From an uncultured delta proteobacterium (GTDB taxonomy: Bacteria > Desulfobacterota > Syntrophorhabdia > Syntrophorhabdales > WCHB1-27), in assembly GCA_963810935.1 (NCBI GenBank), contig CAWEPK010000005.1, positions 96,001-160,000 on the forward strand: a DNA stretch of 64,000 nucleotides, in the 5' to 3' direction. A program made the position numbers and the translations under genes. Positions 39,338-48,919 of this stretch are shown here, one piece after another (the stretch's first letter is position 1; each line of letters opens with the position of its first letter). Below the pieces are notes generated by a model. The model worked only from the letters and a program-made list of their open reading frames with translations, did no database searches and was not told the DNA's origin.

Positions 39338-39610
39338 ATGACCAAAGCGGAGTTGATCGCCAGTGTTGCAGCAGAGGCCGGATTAAAGAAATCGGTGGCC
39401 GAAAAAATCCTTACCGCGCTCACGGACTGCATTGAAAAAGCATTGCAGAGCGGGGATAAGGTCACGCTGACCGGTTTCGGCACGTTCCAGTGCACGCGAC
39501 GTGCCCCGAGGACGGGCAGGAACCCGAGGACGGGCAAAGAGATCGAGATACCTGGATGCAGCATCCCTAAATTCAAGCCCGGCAACAAACTGAAGGAGGC
39601 GTTGAAATAG
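39338..39610 (+). CDS. hup: HU family DNA-binding protein
   Basis: MTKAELI, GFGTF, RTGRNPRTG, PKFKPG; AGGAGG RBS. Confidence 0.95.
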   Translation: MTKAELIASVAAEAGLKKSVAEKILTALTDCIEKALQSGDKVTLTGFGTFQCTRRAPRTGRNPRTGKEIEIPGCSIPKFKPGNKLKEALK

Positions 39611-40194
39611 TGGCCGCGAAAAGCAAAGAGGTTCTTTGGGTCCCTCTACTCATCATGTTGGCAGTTGCGCTCCTCTTGCCGCATTACGCGATGGGGGCGG
39701 AAAAAAAGGCAAAACGGCCGGCTGCCAAGCCTGCCCAGTCGGAGACCGTGGCCGCTGCGACGGTTAACGACGCCAACCTGAACGACTCCCTGCGGACCGC
39801 CGAGGACCAGGTAAAAAAGGGGAGGGCCGAAGACGCGCTCCGGATACTCCTCGCGGTGCACGGCTACGCGTCGGACAGCCTGAAGTTCCTGGCTTGCGCC
39901 GGAGAGGCATACGAAAAGGCGCGCAACAACCCGAACCTAGCGCAGGACAAGAAGGAAACGCTCTACCTGAAACAGCAGAGGATAAGCTCGCTCGTCGACC
40001 GGTATACCAAGGTCAGGGGGGAAGCCTCCTATGACCTGGGCGTCGTCTATGCGAAGAAAGGGGACCAGGCACAGGCAAGGAAATACCTCGTGGAAGCCTG
40101 CCGGACAGTGCCTTTTTCGACCGACCCGGCCTCACTCTGGATGAAATCGAAAGACATTTTTCTCAAGATCTCCAACCTGGACGGGGAGTTCTAA
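39610..40194 (+). CDS. Exported helical/TPR-like hypothetical protein
   Basis: Signal peptide; TPR-like EASYDLGVVYAKKGDQAQARKYL; overlaps the HU stop. Confidence 0.65.
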   Translation: MAAKSKEVLWVPLLIMLAVALLLPHYAMGAEKKAKRPAAKPAQSETVAAATVNDANLNDSLRTAEDQVKKGRAEDALRILLAVHGYASDSLKFLACAGEAYEKARNNPNLAQDKKETLYLKQQRISSLVDRYTKVRGEASYDLGVVYAKKGDQAQARKYLVEACRTVPFSTDPASLWMKSKDIFLKISNLDGEF

Positions 40195-40224
40195 AACCCA
40201 AACAACTGAGTATACGTGCGCCCT

Positions 40225-40935
40225 CTACGTCTCGTCGCGATGGAGCCGCTTCAGCGCAAGGCCGAAGGTATATTCATACAGGTGAAGCCCCTTGCTGACC
40301 GCCACTATAGACCCGTCGCCCACGCCTATCTCATGGCACATGTATTCCTTTAGCAACTGGATAGCAGCAAGGTTCGACGGAAAGCCCGCCCAAAGGTCCC
40401 AGCTCCTGAAATAAAGGACAAAATTGAGCCGGTCATCCGCCAGGCGCGTATCGATCAGCCGCAGGCACGGAGGGTCTTCGAGAGTTATGTCCTGCGGCAT
40501 GCCGACCTCCATGATCGCCTGGTTGGTGCCCCGTCCTTTGCGGTAAATATCTATCACCTGCTGGACCGGGTTGATCCCGAAGGAATACTCCTTTCCATCT
40601 ATCGACACTTTGGGGTTGGTCAGCCTCTCTCCGTATGTATAGACCTCGTTTTCCTGCTTCCTGTCCGTCATCAGGTACTGGAGGTAGTCTTCGACATATT
40701 CCATGCTCGTCGGCGCCGGTATGCCCAACCCGGCAGGTATATCGGGTATCAGCGGCCTTGTCCCGGGGTGGGCTATATGGACCACGACGAGGTCGAACTC
40801 CCGCCTTTTGACCCCTTCGAAAGAGCCCCTTTCCACCTCGTACTCGTGGACGCCGCCTTCCTCGAAAATCCCGTACACGCACTGGAACCAGGCATCGGGC
40901 AGGTCCCGCGCCTTTATGACAACCGGCTGCATCAT
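40225..40935 (-). CDS. thyA: Thymidylate synthase, short archaeal-type
   Basis: YTYGERL, DPPCLR (catalytic Cys), FRSWD, FPSN, HLYE. Confidence 0.8.
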   Translation of the reverse strand: MMQPVVIKARDLPDAWFQCVYGIFEEGGVHEYEVERGSFEGVKRREFDLVVVHIAHPGTRPLIPDIPAGLGIPAPTSMEYVEDYLQYLMTDRKQENEVYTYGERLTNPKVSIDGKEYSFGINPVQQVIDIYRKGRGTNQAIMEVGMPQDITLEDPPCLRLIDTRLADDRLNFVLYFRSWDLWAGFPSNLAAIQLLKEYMCHEIGVGDGSIVAVSKGLHLYEYTFGLALKRLHRDET

Positions 40936-41007
40936 GATCGAAAACCCCCCTCTCCGAAAAATGTTTGAGACATTATAACCGAAAACGGCCTGCGACAAGA
41001 ATAAGCG

Positions 41008-42534
41008 TCAGGGGCCTTTCGCCGGGTGCGGGAACACGCTCCTGATGTCCGATAGGGCCAGCCCGTTCCCCGTGGCTTTCAAAACGTACGCCTTCAGCGG
41101 CTCTATATAGCGCTTCCTGTATTGCCCGCCGAGAAGCTCCACTTTCGCGCTTTCATCCGAAAAATCGAGGGCGTACATGCCTTTTTCATCGAATTTTATC
41201 TGCGCGGACTCATAGACGTCGATGCTGCCGTCTCTGTACCAGAATCGCGGGCCGTATTCACCGGCGAAGGCGCTCGTATCGACCCCGTCGAAAATCAGGA
41301 CCGACCCGTGAGGCAGCACCGGCAGGCGCCCCATCAGGTCCCGCCGCAACTCATCCGCTTCAAGGGCCCGCTTTACGGAGTCTTGCTGCCTGTGCCGGAA
41401 TATATTATCCGACTGGTATATCGACGCGCCTGCGACAGCAATGATCACGAACGCGGCAACGATGTCCAGCCGGACGGTCTTTATGCCTGACCCGCTCTCG
41501 AAAAGCAAAAAACTGAGCGCCAGAAATGCGGGCAGGGCATAAACGCTGTAGTACGCATACCGATGGTTCGCGAGCATCATGGGGGGTACGAGGGCAAAAA
41601 AGACCCACAGGGCAAAGAAAAGCACGGTCGCAGCAACGTCATGATCCTTCCTGTTGAAGAGCGCGCTTTTCAGGCACAGAAGGAGGTAGAGGCCGACCGC
41701 CAGGAAGAAGGCGATGAATGCGGGCTCCCGTATCTTGAAGAAAGGCAGGAACGTCCTGAGCATCCACGCAGGATACGCATACAGACCTATGAGCACGTGA
41801 GCGCCGACCGGCTTCACCAGGTAAGGGTGCGCGGCAGGGAAATTGGTGAAGAATATGCCTGCGGCGACTTTCGGAAGGAAGCTAAGGCCCATTATGAGGA
41901 CGAAAAGGATGCCAGCCGCAATTTCGCTTCTGTTCCGGCGCGCTTCTTCCCGGTCTTTTGGCGCTGCGTAAATGAAGCGGTGTGAAAGAAGGATTGCGGG
42001 CAGTATAATGCCCGATTCCTTCGACAGGACGCTGCACGCAAAAAAAGCAACGCTTAAGAAAAGCCTTCCGTGCAGGTAAGACAGAAAAGATAGAAAGAAG
42101 AAGAATGCGCACAGCAAATCATAAGAACCGACCATCCACAGCAGCGGGTCCAGGTTGACCGAAAGGGAAACGGCGTAAAGCAGGGAGACGACGCAGGCGA
42201 TCCTATCGTTGCTCGTTATCTTTCTCATTATCAGAGCGACCATTACCGCGTTGAGGAAATGGATCGAGAGCGCCGCGATGTGAAACGCAACGGGCTCGGC
42301 CCCGAAGAAACGGTACATGGCGAGCATGTACAACTGGGACAATGGCCTGTAGAAAAGCTTCCCTTTGAAGGAAAGGATCGCGCGTATCACGGAGGAGGGG
42401 CCGGCCGCGCTGAAGTCGTAAAGCCATCCCCAATCGTCCTGATAAAAGGGAATGGCCGCGCAACGCCAGTAGACCAGGCCCGTGGCGAGCGCGAGAAGGG
42501 CGAGGAACGCCGGCAAGGGATATTTCGGGCGCAT
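41008..42534 (-). CDS. GT-C fold polytopic membrane glycosyltransferase-like protein
   Basis: FYQDDW acidic loop after TM1, FYRPL, FHIAALSIHFLN, LSKE; ~11 TM helices; lower GC. Confidence 0.65.
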   Translation of the reverse strand: MRPKYPLPAFLALLALATGLVYWRCAAIPFYQDDWGWLYDFSAAGPSSVIRAILSFKGKLFYRPLSQLYMLAMYRFFGAEPVAFHIAALSIHFLNAVMVALIMRKITSNDRIACVVSLLYAVSLSVNLDPLLWMVGSYDLLCAFFFFLSFLSYLHGRLFLSVAFFACSVLSKESGIILPAILLSHRFIYAAPKDREEARRNRSEIAAGILFVLIMGLSFLPKVAAGIFFTNFPAAHPYLVKPVGAHVLIGLYAYPAWMLRTFLPFFKIREPAFIAFFLAVGLYLLLCLKSALFNRKDHDVAATVLFFALWVFFALVPPMMLANHRYAYYSVYALPAFLALSFLLFESGSGIKTVRLDIVAAFVIIAVAGASIYQSDNIFRHRQQDSVKRALEADELRRDLMGRLPVLPHGSVLIFDGVDTSAFAGEYGPRFWYRDGSIDVYESAQIKFDEKGMYALDFSDESAKVELLGGQYRKRYIEPLKAYVLKATGNGLALSDIRSVFPHPAKGP

Positions 42535-42767
42535 AGCAATCGAACCGCTGTTAGAGACACTCCCGTAAGAGCTTCTCATGGATATCGGTTATTCGTTCGC
42601 CTTCAGGCTCTCGATATAACCTCCGCGCATCTTACCGCCCGTCCTTCGGATTTGTCAAGCGCGGCCGGAGGATGTCGTCAAAACGACGGCCGCGGAAGGA
42701 AATTTAGCAGGGTTGTAACCGACAGCCGAAAATAGTATGATAAGGCAAATCTAACGCGGAAGGGACT

Positions 42768-43406
42768 ATGTTCGTAGAACAGATGGAAGTTGGAGGTTTC
42801 TCGGTCTTCGCTTACCTGGTAGGCTCGGAAAGCACAGGGGAGGCGCTCGTCATCGACCCTGCCGGCGACCAGGAGATGATCGTAAAGACGGCCGACAAGA
42901 AGAAGCTGAAGATAAAGTACATCGTTAATACCCACTTCCACATCGACCACATCATGGGCAACCGGAAAATGAAAGACCTGACCGGCGCCAGGATAATCAT
43001 TCACGAGGCGGAAGCCGCTTATCTCGCCAACCAATCGAGCCGCACGATAAGCATGTTCGGGGCGGAGCAGTCTCCGGCTGCTGACGAGACGGTCAAGGAA
43101 AACGACCTGATAACCGTGGGCGACGTCTCGCTGAAGGTCATCCACACGCCGGGCCATTCGCCCGGCAGCATCTGCCTTTATACGGAAGGTCTCGTCTTCA
43201 CCGGCGACACCCTTTTTGTCAATGCCGTAGGGCGGACCGACCTCGAGGGCGGTTCCTGGCAGACGCTCGTGAATTCTATCCGTACCAAGCTTTTCGTCCT
43301 GCCCGATACGACCGTGGTCCTTCCTGGACACAACTATGGAGAATACCCAAAAAGCACCATTGGAATGGAGAAGGTCAACAACCCTTATGTCGGTTCGCGC
43401 GGTTAG
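42768..43406 (+). CDS. MBL-fold metallo-hydrolase (glyoxalase II-like)
   Basis: THFHIDH, HTPGHSPG, FTGDTLF, GRTD, PGH. Confidence 0.92.
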   Translation: MFVEQMEVGGFSVFAYLVGSESTGEALVIDPAGDQEMIVKTADKKKLKIKYIVNTHFHIDHIMGNRKMKDLTGARIIIHEAEAAYLANQSSRTISMFGAEQSPAADETVKENDLITVGDVSLKVIHTPGHSPGSICLYTEGLVFTGDTLFVNAVGRTDLEGGSWQTLVNSIRTKLFVLPDTTVVLPGHNYGEYPKSTIGMEKVNNPYVGSRG

Positions 43407-44292
43407 CAGCAAACTTCTACTCCCGCTCCTTACGCTTTTCCTCCTCTTTTCGTGCCAGACCGCCCAGCCAGGCAAGGTAGCAGCGCCCGGCCCCGCGAAG
43501 GCGGCGGTGAAAAAGGAACCGGTAATCGCCCTCGTCCTCGGCGGCGGGGGCGCGAAAGGCTTCGCCCACGTTGGCGTGCTGCGCGTCCTGGAGCAGGAAA
43601 AGATACCGATCAGCATGATAATCGGCACGAGCGTCGGCAGCCTCATCGGCGGCCTTTACGCTGCGAACCCGGACAGCTTCCAGCTCGAATGGACCGCCTT
43701 CAAGATAGACCGCAGCGACATATTCGATTTCTCGATAGCTTATTCGAAGATGGGGCCTGTGCAGGGAAACCGCATTGAGGCATTTGTCGACCAGAACGCC
43801 AAGGTCAAGCGGGTGGAAGACACGAAGATACCCTTCATACCCGTTGCCACCGATCTCAACACGGGCGAGACCCTGACGCTCGAAAAAGGCTCCCTTGCGA
43901 AGGCCATCCATGCTTCGGCCGCCATACCGGGCATCTTCGTGCCTGTCTCCTTCGGCAGCAGGACACTCGTGGACGGCGGAGTCACGGACAACTGCGCCTG
44001 CGACATCGCCAGGGCCAGGGGCGCAGACATAGTGATCGCGGTGAGCCTGCAGAAGGACGTCAGGAACTACAAGATCGACTCGCTCATCGATATCATCGCC
44101 CAGTCGATCGATATCATGATGCGCGAGTCGAGTAAAGTGAAGCTGGGCTCGGCCGATGTCCTGATAGAGCCTGACACGAAGGGCGGCTCGACCTTCGACT
44201 TCGGCAGGAAGAAGGAGATGATGGACGAGGGCATCAAGGCGGCAAGGCAGGCGATGCCGCGTATCAGGGAGTTGATCGAGAGCAAGCGGTAA
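43387..44292 (+). CDS. Patatin-like phospholipase lipoprotein
   Basis: Lipobox LFSC, GGGGAKG, GTSVG, DGG. Confidence 0.9.
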   Translation: MSVRAVSSKLLLPLLTLFLLFSCQTAQPGKVAAPGPAKAAVKKEPVIALVLGGGGAKGFAHVGVLRVLEQEKIPISMIIGTSVGSLIGGLYAANPDSFQLEWTAFKIDRSDIFDFSIAYSKMGPVQGNRIEAFVDQNAKVKRVEDTKIPFIPVATDLNTGETLTLEKGSLAKAIHASAAIPGIFVPVSFGSRTLVDGGVTDNCACDIARARGADIVIAVSLQKDVRNYKIDSLIDIIAQSIDIMMRESSKVKLGSADVLIEPDTKGGSTFDFGRKKEMMDEGIKAARQAMPRIRELIESKR

Positions 44293-44301
44293 ATCCGGCA
44301 G

Positions 44302-45306
44302 TTATGCCAGAACCACTAGTTCCGCCCGCCAGCCCGGCAGCCACAGGTAATAGAAACCAGGCTCCAGCGGCGGCATGATCGCCGGCAGGTTTATATCTAT
44401 CAGCGGCGAGAACAGGGTCCCCGCACTGGCGGCGGTATTGTAAAGGGTGTCGTCCGGGTATTTTGAGCGCCTGTAAACGATTACCTTGGCATCCTCGGTA
44501 AGCCCGGCTAGCTTTTTCGCCTCCTTCACGCTATCCGGTACATAGCCTATCGAATCGATAAGTCCTAACTTCAGCGCCTCATCCGCCGAGTAAATGCGGG
44601 CCGTTGCGATTTTTTGCAGGTTCTCAGCGCCGATCTTTCTATTCCTGCCCACGAGGTCGATGAATTTCCTGCCCATCTCATCGGTGAGGTCCTGGAGTAT
44701 TTTCCGCTCCTCGGGCGTCGAAGGCCGGAAGGGAGAGCCCATGTCCTTCTCGCTGCCCGACTTGCTCACGTCCACCGCAACGCCGATCTTGTCCATAAGG
44801 CCCGACACCTTCGGCGTAATCAGGATAACGCCGACAGAGCCGGTAATGGTGGTGGGGTGCGCTATGATGCGGTCCGCAGCGAGCGACATATAGTAGCCGC
44901 CCGATGCGGCGAGGTCTGTGAACAGGGCGACGACTTTCGCGCCCGTCTTCTCCTTGAAATCGACGATCTCCTTATAGATCATGTCGCTCGCCGTCATCGA
45001 GCCGCCAGGCGAGTTGACCTCGAAGATCACGGCCTTCACCTCTTTGTCTTTTTCGGCCAGGCGCAGCCTGGAGACAACCTCCTCGACCGTGCTCGCCCTC
45101 CCGCTGAACTTGCTACCCGGTTTGTCCGATATAAATCCTGCCACCGGGATAACAAGCACCTTCTCCTTCTCTTTCCCTTCGATCGTATATTCCTTGAGCG
45201 GCTCTCCCGTTGGCCCCCCGATCTGTACCTTTACCCTGAAGCAGGAGGTGGAGAGAAACGCGACTGCAAGGACCAGTATCGCAAAAGCCGGGAACCTGAT
45301 TTTCAT
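44302..45306 (-). CDS. sppA: Signal peptide peptidase SppA (S49)
   Basis: VNSPGG, AASGGYY, TGSVGV, KDMGSPFR. Confidence 0.92.
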   Translation of the reverse strand: MKIRFPAFAILVLAVAFLSTSCFRVKVQIGGPTGEPLKEYTIEGKEKEKVLVIPVAGFISDKPGSKFSGRASTVEEVVSRLRLAEKDKEVKAVIFEVNSPGGSMTASDMIYKEIVDFKEKTGAKVVALFTDLAASGGYYMSLAADRIIAHPTTITGSVGVILITPKVSGLMDKIGVAVDVSKSGSEKDMGSPFRPSTPEERKILQDLTDEMGRKFIDLVGRNRKIGAENLQKIATARIYSADEALKLGLIDSIGYVPDSVKEAKKLAGLTEDAKVIVYRRSKYPDDTLYNTAASAGTLFSPLIDINLPAIMPPLEPGFYYLWLPGWRAELVVLA

Positions 45307-45470
45307 GGGGTTATCCTTTCGGCCGAAGGGCCTTTTCAATTGTCGCCTGTTCGGAATGCGCTGTCAAGCAAAACATGCTATGCGAAGCTGCGCCCGGCTT
45401 TCTTTTGTCCCGTCATCGTGGTAAAAAATAAGGCCTGGGCGGATCGGGTGCGCCTTAAGAGGAGAGCGTT

Positions 45471-46424
45471 ACGGAAGGGAAAATAGGGCCAATAAGCATA
45501 GTCGGCGCGGGGGCGGTGGGCGGCGCTATAGCGTCCATGCTGCACGACGCCGGCGAATCGGTCTCTATCCTTGCGGCCGGCCGGCGGCGGGCACGCCTCG
45601 CAGACGATGGCCTGATCGTCAACGGAAGACGCTACGACATACCCTTGACCGACCCCGACGCGCCTTGGGGACCGGCCGATTTCGTCATAGTCGCAGTGAA
45701 GCAACACGACCTCGACGCGGCCATCGACCAAATGGGCCGAATCGTAGGCACGGGGACTCTCGTCATGTCGCTCATGAACGGCGTGGACAGCGAGGAGCGG
45801 ATAGGGGCGGCCCGTGGGGACGCTCATGTCCTCCCCGCAGTCATCGTAGGCATAGACGCGCTCCGGGCAGGAAACAGCATCACTTATACAAGCAGGGGGA
45901 AGATATTTTTCGGGGAGGCGGCAGGCTGTGACGCGAGGGCCGTCGGGCGCGTCAGCGCATTGTTTAGCCGCGCAGCCGTCCCCTACGAGATACACGCCGA
46001 CATAAAGCGCACGATCTGGTGGAAATTCATGATAAACGTAGGCATCAACCAGGCATCCGCCGCTCTCCGGGCAGATTACGGAGTCTTCCAGAGACAGGGC
46101 GAGGCGCGCTCGCTCATGGACGCTGCCATGCGGGAGGCCATAGCCGTTGCGGAGAAAATGGGCGTCTCCCTCACCGAGGCGGACATTGCCGATTGGTACA
46201 AAGTGCTCGACGGCCTGAGGCCGGACGGCAAGACATCGATGCTTCAGGACGTAGAGGCGCGCAGGAAGACCGAAGTGGAGATGCTGGCAGGCAAGGCGAT
46301 AGAGCTGGGCAGGCGCTTCGGTATCTCAACACCGGTAAACGAAAAACTGTTCGAAATTATCAGGAAGATCGAGTCGTCGTACGTGCAGAAGGGAAGGCAG
46401 GCGCCTGCCCCTGAAAGACCCTAA
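45471..46424 (+). CDS. panE: 2-dehydropantoate 2-reductase (ketopantoate reductase); inferred start codon reads ACG
   Basis: ISIVGAGAVG lies upstream of the first GTG (45516); VAVK, MNG, WWKFMINVGIN, KTSMLQDV, TEVE. Confidence 0.85.
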   Translation, partial: TEGKIGPISIVGAGAVGGAIASMLHDAGESVSILAAGRRRARLADDGLIVNGRRYDIPLTDPDAPWGPADFVIVAVKQHDLDAAIDQMGRIVGTGTLVMSLMNGVDSEERIGAARGDAHVLPAVIVGIDALRAGNSITYTSRGKIFFGEAAGCDARAVGRVSALFSRAAVPYEIHADIKRTIWWKFMINVGINQASAALRADYGVFQRQGEARSLMDAAMREAIAVAEKMGVSLTEADIADWYKVLDGLRPDGKTSMLQDVEARRKTEVEMLAGKAIELGRRFGISTPVNEKLFEIIRKIESSYVQKGRQAPAPERP

Positions 46425-47635
46425 TCCCCGCGCGTCTTATCGACCGTGCAGTCCAGCCCGCCCTGAAAAAGCTTCACCCGCACCCGGTCCCCGGCCGCCA
46501 CTTGCGTTGCCTCCCTCACTACAGCGTAAGTGTCCGCCCGCACCGTGATGCTGTAGCCCCTTTTCAGAATATTATCCGGATTCAGGTCCATGAGCCGCTG
46601 GCTGCATGAGGCCAGCCGCACTTTGGCGTCGCTGTAAACCGCCGAAAACGCGTTCTGCAGGCTGTTGGAAAGCTCGTCCAGGTACATCTTATGGTGAAGA
46701 AGAATGGCCCTCTGTTCTTTCAGGGCGGCCGCATCCCGCGAAAGAATGAGCCTCGAACCCTGAAGCCGCTGCGCCATAAGGCCGACGAGCCGCTCGCGCA
46801 CGGATTGAAGCGTAGCGGCCAGCTCCCGTCTGTCCCGCACGACCATATCCGCGGCGGCTGTGGGGGTCGGCGCCCTCACGTCCGCCACAAAATCGGCTAT
46901 GGTGAAATCGATCTCGTGGCCTATCCCTGAGACGATGGGTATCCGGGAGGCGCAGATGGCGCGTGCCACCGCCTCTTCGTTGAAGCAGGCAAGGTCTTCC
47001 AGGGAACCCCCGCCCCGCCCGAGGATGATGACGTCGACGTCACGCTCGCGGTTGAAATACTCGATGCCCTCGACTACCTCCCCGCACGCCAGGTCGCCCT
47101 GCACCCTCACCGGGTATATCCGCACGGCCATGTTCTCGAACTTGCCGTAAATGATCTTGAGCATGTCCCTTACGGCCGCACCAGAGGGCGACGTGACTAT
47201 GCCTATCCTTTTCGGCAGAAAAGGGAGCGGCCGCTTACCTGCCGCGTCGAAGAGTCCCTCGTGGAAGAGCTTCTCCTTGAGCATCTCGAACCTGATCTGC
47301 AGCAGCCCCAGGCCTTTTGCCTCTATCCCGTCCGCGAGGAGGCGGTACTCGCCTCTTTTTTCGTAGACGTCGATGCGCCCCTTGCAGATGACCGCCGTCC
47401 CGTCCTTTATGACGTCTACGCGGCATTTCCCCTCGTAGTTGAACATGACCGCTTTCATGCTGCACGAGTCGTCTTTGAGGGTAAAATAGAGGTGGCCCGA
47501 AGGGTAGATTTTGAAGTTGGAGATCTCGCCCTCAACGATCACATCACGGAACTGTCTGTAAATGCAATCGCGGATGCGCGACGTAAGCTGGGAAACGGTC
47601 AGGACATTGACCGGCAATTCCAAGGGGTATCTCAT
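46421..47635 (-). CDS. xseA: Exodeoxyribonuclease VII large subunit
   Basis: VEGEISN, SGHLYFTLKD, RGGGSLEDL, GIGHEIDFTIADFVAD, TPTAAA, LKRGYSI. Confidence 0.95.
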   Translation of the reverse strand: MRYPLELPVNVLTVSQLTSRIRDCIYRQFRDVIVEGEISNFKIYPSGHLYFTLKDDSCSMKAVMFNYEGKCRVDVIKDGTAVICKGRIDVYEKRGEYRLLADGIEAKGLGLLQIRFEMLKEKLFHEGLFDAAGKRPLPFLPKRIGIVTSPSGAAVRDMLKIIYGKFENMAVRIYPVRVQGDLACGEVVEGIEYFNRERDVDVIILGRGGGSLEDLACFNEEAVARAICASRIPIVSGIGHEIDFTIADFVADVRAPTPTAAADMVVRDRRELAATLQSVRERLVGLMAQRLQGSRLILSRDAAALKEQRAILLHHKMYLDELSNSLQNAFSAVYSDAKVRLASCSQRLMDLNPDNILKRGYSITVRADTYAVVREATQVAAGDRVRVKLFQGGLDCTVDKTRGD

Positions 47636-48919
47636 CTACTTCTTGAAATACTCCGAGACGATCTTCATGGCGCAGAATTCGCCGCACATGCTGCAAACGT
47701 CTCCGTGGAGGCTTCTCTCTTTCCTGAAATCGATGATCTTCTGTGGGTCCATCGCGGTCTTTATCTGGCCTTCCCAGTCGAGTGCCTTGCGGTAGATGGA
47801 CATCTGCCGGTTCCGCTCCCAGGCGTCACTGCGGCCCCGCGCCAGGTCGGCCGCGTGGGCGGCTATCCTCGCTACGATGACCCCTTCCCTCACGTCCGCT
47901 ATGGTGGGCAGGCCGAGGTGCTCGGACGGCGTCACGTAACAGATAAAGTCGGCCCCGTGAAAACCGGCAAGCGCCCCGCCTATCGCGGCCGTTATATGGT
48001 CGTACCCCGGTGCGATGTCCGTGACGATAGGGCCGAGCACGTAAAACGGCGCCCCTTTGCACACCCTCTTTTCGAGGAGTATGTTCGTCTCGATCTGATT
48101 GAGCGGCACGTGGCCGGGACCTTCGATCATTACCTGCACGCCGTTCTTCTGTGCTTCTTCGCAAAGCTCCCCCAAAAGCAGCAGCTCCTGCACCTGCGTC
48201 CTGTCGGTAGCGTCGGCCAGGCAGCCCGGCCGCAGGCCGTCGCCGAGGCTCAGCGTCATGTCGTATTTCTTCGCGATGGAGACAAGGCGGTCGTAGTGCT
48301 CGTAGAGGGGGTTCTCTTTTTCATTCACGATCATCCATTCCGTCAGGAAAGCGCCGCCCCTGCTTACGATGTCCGTGACCCTGCCCTGTTTTTTAAGCCT
48401 CTCCAGCACACTCCTGGTCACGCCCGCATGGACGGTGATGAAATCGACGCCGTCCTCTCCATGTTTCTCGATGACCTCGAACAGGTCGTCCGGCTCCATC
48501 CTGGTGATGCTTTTCTTCCTGGCCACCGCCTCTACCGCCGCCTGGTAGATAGGGACGGTCCCTATGGGCACGGTGGCGTGGGACATAACGATCTTCCGTA
48601 TCTCGTCGAGATTTCCGCCCGTGGAGAGGTCCATGATCGCATCCGCCCCCGCGGCTTCAGCCGTGCGAAGCTTTTCGATCTCGTCCTCCACGTTTACCCT
48701 TTCGGGCGAGGTGCCTATATTGGCGTTGACCTTTATCGAAAGGCCCTCTCCCACACCCCTCGGGACAGAATTCTTCCGCCTGTTATTCAGAAGCACGATC
48801 GCTTTGCCCGAAGCCACGAGCTCGCGCAGGTCTTCCGCCTCCACGCCCTCGCGGGCCGCGACGCCCCTTAATGCGTCCGTGATCTTCCCTATCCGGGCCT
48901 CGACCAGTTGGTTGCTCAT
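47636..48919 (-). CDS. thiC: Phosphomethylpyrimidine synthase ThiC
   Basis: KVNANIGTS, MDLSTGG, SRGG, EGPGH, GYDHIT, CSMCGEFC; adjacent to thiDN. Confidence 0.93.
   Translation of the reverse strand: MSNQLVEARIGKITDALRGVAAREGVEAEDLRELVASGKAIVLLNNRRKNSVPRGVGEGLSIKVNANIGTSPERVNVEDEIEKLRTAEAAGADAIMDLSTGGNLDEIRKIVMSHATVPIGTVPIYQAAVEAVARKKSITRMEPDDLFEVIEKHGEDGVDFITVHAGVTRSVLERLKKQGRVTDIVSRGGAFLTEWMIVNEKENPLYEHYDRLVSIAKKYDMTLSLGDGLRPGCLADATDRTQVQELLLLGELCEEAQKNGVQVMIEGPGHVPLNQIETNILLEKRVCKGAPFYVLGPIVTDIAPGYDHITAAIGGALAGFHGADFICYVTPSEHLGLPTIADVREGVIVARIAAHAADLARGRSDAWERNRQMSIYRKALDWEGQIKTAMDPQKIIDFRKERSLHGDVCSMCGEFCAMKIVSEYFKK

Noticed and set aside
47261..48871. Long antisense ORFs (e.g. 536 aa here, 815-2104, 37198-38418, 52794-54056)
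   Set aside because: These are shadow frames of well-supported genes in GC-rich DNA, with no recognisable motifs.
47636..48919. BzaA/B/F (benzimidazole synthase) rather than ThiC
   Set aside because: It is translationally coupled to thiDN with no cobamide genes nearby; not formally excluded without a phylogeny.
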